Positions 54,601-63,600 of a stretch of 64,000 nucleotides of DNA are shown in pieces. The translations under genes were made by a program, and so were the position numbers. Location of the stretch: the NCBI RefSeq assembly GCF_964204645.1, contig NC_134031.1, positions 10,728,088 through 10,792,087 on the forward strand, read 5' to 3'. Numbering within the stretch: the stretch's first letter is position 1; every line of letters starts with the position of its first letter. The notes beneath the pieces are model-generated. The model was given only the letters and a program-made list of their open reading frames with translations, did not search any database and was not told the origin of the DNA. This DNA is from Tubulanus polymorphus (Eukaryota > Animalia > Nemertea).

Positions 54601-57600
54601 TAAGGCTTCATGTTTCGTCTGCAATTCACTGCAAATAGTTATGCAACTACGCACATTTCAGTGTTTTTGGCAGCTGTACACTCAATCGGCACAGTTCGTG
54701 ACTAGCTTCACTGCGGAATTATCATTAATTAACTTATATTGTGCCTTAAAACCCTAACAGCCGAAATAATTGAAATGCACACACGATTTCTATCATTGAA
54801 AATTGAGAGAGTGGCCATGTTTGTGTTTGCTGCTTCGCGTGAATCCCGCGCGGTAGCGCAACCGCGCGGAGTGGGGCCGATACGTCCAGTAGGAAGTTAC
54901 AGGACTCAGAATGTGGGCCAAAATTGACATTTTTGGGCACTAAAAAGGTCATAGGACGGCCATCTTGAGTCCGATCGACCCAATTTTTGTTATGCTGATG
55001 GGCCCTTGGGGGGTTCAAATATACGAAAGATCATGGTAATTGATCTAAGCGTCTTCAAAATTTCCCTCAATAGGTTCAAAAAGTGTATTAAGTGCTGATT
55101 TTGACGAACAACAATGGCTGCCAGTCGGCCATCTTGATTCTGACAGGGCCAGTTTTTGGGCTGATGATGTGTCGAGGGTAGATACATGTGTAACCCACAT
55201 ATCAAGACATTACATTGAAGCGTCTTCAAAACTTCCCAAAATAACTGGATTCCGTCTACGGACGGACGGACGATCTAAAGTCCCAAGTGGGCAAATCAGT
55301 TGGCTCGAACAGCAGCGCAGGTGATATAAGACGACTTCATTGTACGGTATGGGATTCCTTTACCCCCCATAGCGATCAGGGACGGAACTTTGAAGGAAAA
55401 GTGGCAGGGTTCCTACAGGACCATCAATATGAAATTTGAGGGATATTAGAGGGGCTTTTGAGGGTATGACCACCAAATTTGAGGGTCATTTTAAAAATTG
55501 CTTTTCAACTTACATTATCATTACCATGCGGTACTACAGTACTATACAATGGAGATTTCACTTTATAGGCAGCCTCATTAAAAGCTGAGTTAAGTTGACT
55601 AAAAATATCAAAGGTAACTGGAAACCGCAATTTCTTCTCTTGTTTTACATCGGATTTCATGGGGTCTACTGAAATACAAAGCCAAATAAGATAAGAACCA
55701 TCTTTAACCTGTCAATACAGTTAATACAAACAAAAAGTAAAATACCAATTGGGATAACATAGGTTCAAAGTTAACATAAATGATCATTATTTGACCACCA
55801 TATCAAACCTTTGTCAGCAGGAGGTTTGTCGCAAATGGGAATGCCAGCCGATTTCAATAAGGCCGTGATTGTCATTGTATCAGATTTACTCAGGGCAGCT
55901 TCACCTCGGCACAACCCTCTGACTAGTGACATCATGCATGCCTGGAAATACAGATGACCTACATTTTAGATTTAATTAGAATTGTCTGCAAAAAAAAATT
56001 TCATGAACTCCAGAACTAGTCCCTATAATATGTACATTATACTTGTTTTCATAGAGGTAAAAGCGGTGTTTCCGCTCACAAATACACTATTCTAAATCTA
56101 AATTATCATCACAGTGGAAAAAACAGCATAATTAATGAAGTAAAAAAAGCACTTTGGACGCCCATGAATTGCACAATTAACTATAGACAGTTTCGTAAAT
56201 TTTAGAATTTCAAGTAAACCAATTGGAAGTGGAATCATCTTTAGTTGGACTTGGATATCAATGATTACGACACTTGGACATCACTGAGTACAAATTAGGT
56301 GAGAGTACAGTTAATCTACTGTAGATTACCTTCGAAAGGATTACAACTTGCTCATCTTGGTTTTTCAATTTATTGAGTAGAAACTGCAGTAGAATCTGTG
56401 AGGCATTCAGCGCATCAGGTAGATCAGTTTTGTTAACTACAATTGAAAAATTCAAATCTTATTGATGTACATTATCATTATCATTTGTGCCGAGTATCTT
56501 AAATGTCTCCATTATTTCTATGGTTTCTTAACCATTCACCAAAAAACCTATGGTTATTCTCTCAATTATTATCATCATACTTTTCCACCTTTTTCAAAAA
56601 ATTTATCCATCAAAATCTACTACTTATGTCTACCAGACAATAATAAATGCTTACATTAAGTTGAAGGTAGCCTAACGCCACTTAGTAGCCCCAGTGTGTT
56701 AAACACCTGGTATACAGATGCTGTTTGAGATGTAGCCTATGAAGGGGTACTGTACCCACAGTAGGACAACTTAGTGGGCAAAGATTTGGTTTGAAGAAGT
56801 GAATTTTTATGCTTATTATGTAGGTCACTCTATACCTTATTATTGGAGCTTATTAACATAATCTATAAATTTTTCAAGCAATGCAAAAAAAAAATCTGAA
56901 ATGATACCAATCCTGCTATTCTTTTCTACAGTAGGTTATGATTATCTGAGAATTTGAAGGTAAAATTCCCATCAATAAACTAGGGGTCTTGGGATACCAT
57001 GACCACTTATGAAGTGGTTTCAAAGCTGGGCGGAAAATTGCAAGTGGGCTAAAAATCAGTTGACAATTGTGGCCTCTAGGTTGTAGTTAACATCACTTGT
57101 TGCAGCGGTGATATATTCAGTCAATCTTTATTCAGAGGGGTAAATCTTTATGCCCCTCTAAACTGAAGTTGAGCTGGAGTCAGGAAATGAAGGACCAATG
57201 GTCTAGAGGCTCGCCAAACTGGTGTGAAGTAAAAAATTTGTCATCTATAAGGGCTACTAGTACGCAAAAATACATTTCATTGAATATTAAATAAATTGCC
57301 CATGAGCAAAGTGTGGTTTACCTTGAAAACTGGAGCCTGTTTGGCAAGGGCATTGCTTATGAAAAATTGTTTTAATTCATGAATTCATAGTTCTATTATT
57401 TTAATACTAGCAACTATAATATATAATAATACGTAATATAATATCATATATATATATATATATATATTTATTTATCGATATGAAATATACACAATAAGTC
57501 TAGCATTAGAAACTAGGGGTCCAGGGACACCATGCCCACTTGGGAAGTGGTTCCAAATGCTCAACAATCTAACAATTTCAATATTCAACGCCCCCTGGTG

Positions 57601-60600
57601 ACCATATACAGAATCCAATGACCTTGAAACTCACCACAATCATAGAACATGTCAGCAGCTACGATTTTGTAATTGATTGTGATAACAAAATATGCCTCGG
57701 AATAATATGGAAATACTAAGTTCTTCTACTATTCAACGCCCCCTGGTGACCATATTCAAAACCCAATGACCTTGAAACTCACAACAATTATAGAGCATGT
57801 CATTAGCTACAACTTTGCAATTGATTGTGGTAACAAAATGTGCATAGGTAAGAATATAATATGGAAATAGTAAGTTATTGTATTATTCAACGCCCCCTGG
57901 AGGCCATATACAAAAACCAATGACCTTGAAACTCGCCACAATCATAGAACATAATAGAATATAAGTCCCCCAATCATAGGATCGAAAAAGTATTAAAAAA
58001 TCGAAACTATTAAAATTAATTAAAAACCCGATTGGCCTTTGGGACAAAATACATGTCAGTCACACATTTTGCACATGCTTACAATGTAATAACTAGGGGC
58101 TCAGGGCAACACACCCTCTTGGGAAGTTGTTTGAAATGCTCAACAGAAAATTTTCATATTCAATGCCCCTGGTGAACATATCAATAAAGCAAAGACCTTA
58201 AAACTAGCCACACTGATAAAAATGTCACTAGCTACAATTTAGTAATTGATTGTGGTTACAAAATATGCCTAGGTACCACTGTAATATGAAACTACTAGGC
58301 CTAAGTGATTCAGCTATTCAACGCAAATACCTGTACAACTAGGGGTCCAGAGACATCATGCCCACTTGGGAAGTGGTTTCAAATGCTCAATAATCTAACA
58401 ATTTCAATATTCAACGTCCCCTGGTGACCATATACAAAAACCAATGAGCTTGAAACTCACCACTATCATAGAACATACTACTACGATTTTGTAATTGATT
58501 GTGATAACAATATATGTCTTGTTACCACTTTAATATGGAAATACTAAGTTATTCTACTATTCAACGCCCCCTGGTGACCATATTCAAAACCCAATGACCT
58601 TGAAACTCACCACAATCATAGAACATGTCACGAACTATAACTTTGTAATTGATCATGGTAACAAAATATGCCTAGGTACCAATATAATAAGGAAATACTA
58701 AGTTATTCTACTATTCAACGCCCCCTGGTGACCATATAGAATAACTAATGGCCTTAAAACTTGCCACAATCATAGATGATGTCATGAGCTACAACTTTGC
58801 AATTGATTGTGGTTACAAAATATGCATTGATACGAATATAATATATTATTCAACGCCCCCTGGTGGCCATATACAAAAACCAATGACCTTGAAACTCACC
58901 ACAATCATAGAAAACGTTATGAGCTACAACTTTCTAAATGATTGTGTTAACAAAATACGCTTAGGTATCAATATAATGTGGAAAAACTTTTTCCCACTTA
59001 CGAATGAGTACTGCTGACACCAAGATGGCCGCCAATTGCGTCATAATTGGCTGATGAAAAATACCTGTCTCAGGTATAAAACATCCCTTTCCAAAGAATA
59101 CCCATCACAAATTGCAATGAGAAATGATAAACCAGTAGGAAGCTACAGGACTCAGAATTTGGGCCAAAATTAACATTTTTGCGCACTAAAAAGGTCATAG
59201 GACGGCCATCTTGAGTCCGATCTACCCAATTTTTGTTATGCTGATGGGCCCTGGGGGAATTCACATATATCTGAAAGATCAAGGTAATTGATCAAAGCGT
59301 CATCAAAATTTCCCTCAAAAAGTTCAAAAATGTGTAAAAAGTGCTGATTTTGGCGAACAACAATGGCTGCCAGTCAGCCATCTTGAATCTGACAGGGCCA
59401 TTTTTAGGGCTGAAGACTGAAGATGTGTCTAGGGTAGATACATGTGTAACCCAAATATCAAGACATTACCTTGAAGCGTCTTCAAAACTTCCCAAAATAA
59501 CTGGATTCCGTCTACGGACGGACGACGGACGAAAAGTGAACGCAATAGCCCGCTGGGACTAAAGTCCCAAGTGAGCTAAAAAATATCAAAGAAGAGGAAA
59601 AGTATTAAATATTTCGCTGTAAACTATGTTTTTGGTTTGTTTGGGTGAGTACTGGGTACTCTGGAAAGGGAAACAGTTCATGCCATGTGTGAATGGTGAA
59701 TTCTGGAAGTCCAGTCCAATGTATCTGAATGATTGGCCCTGTGCTTTGTTAACTGTAACAATTGTTAACAGGGACGTAACTGGAATTACTCTTTCATACC
59801 TTTCAATCCGAAAACAATTACAGATCAGGCTATTAAATCTTGGTGATTCTTAGAAGAATGGATTGGCATGCTTTTCTTTGGGAAGTGGCGCTGTGGTGAG
59901 CTCGAATACATACAGTCTCCACTATTAGATTCCAGGCAGAAAGAGGAGGTCACCGGCGTCTCTGTAGTCAAAAGCCAAGCAACAGCTGATGCTCACCGCA
60001 TAGCAGTAATCTCCACTACATGTATTAGATCCCCAGAATTGAGGTCACCCGCGTCTCTGTAGTCAAGCACACTACAAAAACCGACGCTCAAATGTTTCTA
60101 TCAGCGCGGGCAGTGACGACATGCGGAGCGTCCAAACTTAAATGGTCCAAAAGTCTACCTAAACTTTATCGTATCGGCACGAAATCGATTCTAAAACACA
60201 GATCAGAACATCCTCTTTCAATCCATACCACTCAACGGGTAATCGAAGCCACACGAACGGAGATTACGCGTTACAAAGTTAAGACGCCTTGCCGCTTATA
60301 GTATAGATTACCTTTCTGAAATAATCATTTTGTAGTAAAATCAAGGCCGAAATTTCGTAGGATACAGGTAGGCAGGAAAAGTATTTTATATATTTGGAAA
60401 AAATATTTTTCACAAAATGAAAAATATTAGCTCTAAAATTCATATGATATCACAAATCAGTGGGTGGCTAAATATTGATTCTTGACAACCTTCTCCAATG
60501 TATGACCGCGGAAGCTACGAAACATACCGGTACCGTAAAAAAAATCGGTGTATGCAAGTAGATCATTTAAATCCTGGAGCGTGTGGATTGTAGCGCATTG

Positions 60601-63600
60601 TCTATTACTGATACATACACGGTGATCGCTGCGTATATAAGGCGATATTGCCTACGGGACTGTTACTAATGTTATCGACGCGCGCTCTCATCACTGTGCC
60701 GCAAACTAGATACACATAATCGGGCTCTAAAAGCGGATCGCTGACGCGAAAGTCCAAAAGAATTAATGACGATAAATTATTTTACTAGTAATAGTAAGAT
60801 AGTTTTCAGCGTTGCTCGAAGTACGAGTATCGATTCAATAGCAGCTAATGTTGAATCCATGTAGCACATGTACTCGCCGAGTCCATATCACTAATGCGTA
60901 AACATTCAATTAATCCGCTGACACACACACCAAGAAAATACGGAAATTTCAGGCAATAAACGACAAAATAAATCTCCTGATATCTATACACGGAAATAAA
61001 CAACTTAATCATGGAATAGGCCTATGTAAAGTGCTATTTCAAAAATGTATGCGTGGCACTATTTTAAGCGCGGACTAATACACTTTTACTTCTAGACAGG
61101 GGTGGCGCTACTTCAGAATTTCAATTTCTTTATTTCGGCAATATCTAATTAACCAAGCAACAAAAATTCACCATATACGAACTCAACTTTCCTTTTTTCA
61201 TATTTAAGCGACTGTGAAAGTTTCAGACGCGTACGTGGTCAACATCAGAGGAAATAGTAAGTTCTCAATTACCTTCTGTTGCTGGCCGAATTAAAGATTT
61301 TTTCTCCTTCTGGGAGACTTTAACTTCTGACAAATCAATTTTGAATTTGGTTTTGGGTTATAACATTGAATGGAATTCTATGCCTCCTAATCAATTTTTT
61401 CCATCGCGTTCAATTAAATTTAATGAGGTTGAAACTTCTGCTATTTACTCACTATCATCAGATTTTAACTCCTTTGGAGCTCCTGAGATTGACCTGTTTG
61501 CCCTGGAAGTGATCTCTTCATACTTGCAGTATCCTTGCCCTGAAATCCCTCACTCTGACGTAATTCGTAGAATTACAATCAAACATCTCCTTACCTAGGT
61601 AAGTATCATTTAATTTTCTAAGCAATTTAGGCCCAAGCTTAGAACGTCTTTAAATGTGACACCATGTCTTCGAATGACCATTCGACAATCGAAATGTGGG
61701 TCAATTCATGCATGGCTGTGTGCACGCAGTAAAAACACTAATCTGCTCAGTGGGAAGCATTATCTACATGTAATTGATACATAAATGGTTAACGGTTAAC
61801 ACATAATTGCTGACAATGCAATGGACTCACGTCGTGCACTAAGTATTAAAAATATCAAAATCATCAGTGTTGCAAACTAAATACAAGAAGCCGGGCTCCA
61901 ACGATTGCTAACGTAAGGGCATAAAAAATGACGGGTTCAATTGATGACACTTAATGCCATCTTTAATAACTTAAGATTAGTTCTCAGCGTTGATCAAAAC
62001 ATGGATCTTGGGCGTGTGGTCACTGCGGAAAATAGTGGATGCACGCTACCTGCCGTGGCGCACTGATATTATTTTGGTGTTTAAATTATTTTTTTTTTCA
62101 AACAAAATAAACTCCATTCATCAAAATGCCTCGCTTGTTTTGTGGAATATGTAGTTAAACTTCGACTTTGTCATCAATATTTCTTGCGACTGTGATTGAA
62201 ACTCCCACACTCAGTTAATTCAAGTGATATAATCGGGATGGAAATCTCAGCTGGCCAATTTATTTACGCTGGTTTTTACGTAAAGAGTAGCGACCGTCTG
62301 AAACTGCAAAGAATGATCCGGCCTTATCCGAATTCCAAAAGTCTTCACTGCGTAGTGTCCGGAGCACTCCCCAGTCTCTCGGCATTAGCGCTGAATATCG
62401 CGCCGCGAGGCGTTAGACTATATCAGCGCACGCGTGCTGTATGATCAATATCTCCATGTACAATCATGTTCTGCATTATACACACACAGCGAGTGTATTG
62501 AGCGTTGCCGTAGTAACTCGCTCCAGCAGCTTGAACTAACGAGTAATGTTGATTATTTTATAACCAAATTTAAACATCAGAATCAAATTTAAACCCAGCT
62601 GCACCATCTACACCAAGTACAGAATATATGTACCAATATACAGAAAAATCAGTCCACACAAACAGCTTAAATCGTCTCATAAAGAAACATTCACAGACAG
62701 ACAGACATGACGACGATGCCATAGATGGGTTCGCCTGACGATGAAACCCATCAAAAAAAAATAACCAAATATTTATTTGCTCAATCCGTTCAATTCGCCC
62801 ATTAGTAGTGAAATTACAGGCTACTGAAATTGCGTTTGAGTGTGCTAAAAATACCTTTGAGCATAGTGTATCAAGGATTATCGATTGGCCAGACCATTGC
62901 TACGAGACCCAAAAACAAAATAGCCGCTTTTTCAAACAGGCTTTGGGTCTAGGAATGACATCCTGCACATGTGTGGCTAAGGTTAATGATAAATGCTTAA
63001 GATTTGAGATGAAAATAATCATATTATGAGCCTCATACTGGGGCTACATATGTGGCGTTAGGCTACCTTCAGCTTAATGTCAAACTCACACTACCAAAAT
63101 GGCCCGCATGGGGTGGATAAGGAAGAAGGGAATAAGAAAGTAAGGAAATATTCATAGGGCTTATGAGTTGACTGGTACAGCACGAAGATGCTTCATGTTT
63201 TTCTTGCCTCCCATGTCCCTGTAAATTCTACGATACCACTGGTATTTTGACGTTGTAAACATTGGGGTATTTCTAGAACAAAGAAAATGCAATAATGCAT
63301 TTCAGAATGAATACGATTGATATCACTGGATGAACTTCCATTTCACTCCACCCACCCGTGTTTCGCCAATAGCATTCTATTTTAGCAAAAAGCTTCTTCA
63401 TTAATGTGCAAAGCTTTTGCATTTAGTCCTTATGCACAGATATCACACGCATTGTCCACACGCGTTTTAAACACTGGATGAAAAATAGCCACCAGTCACA
63501 ACCTGTTGACAAAAGTGCACAATCTCTATAGGGGCCTATAAACATCCCCTATGGAGCTGCTGTCAAGGTAAAAATACTTACTATTTGAAGCTGAAGCACC

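Larger units (their letters stand above)
56660..63073. mobile_element. TTAA-flanked TIR element (Kolobok-like) enclosing 6.4 kb of nested repeats
   Basis: G(T/C)TGAAGGTAGCCTAACGCCAC..GTAGCCCCAGT.TG at 56660 and its reverse complement ending 63073; TTAA at 56656-59 and 63074-77. Confidence 0.75.

Noticed and set aside
61270-61597. Candidate extra UBR4 exon (donor-like sites at about 61270 and 61593)
   Set aside because: The UBR4 frame joins 63582 directly to 56436, and the segment is better explained as plus-strand DIRS sequence
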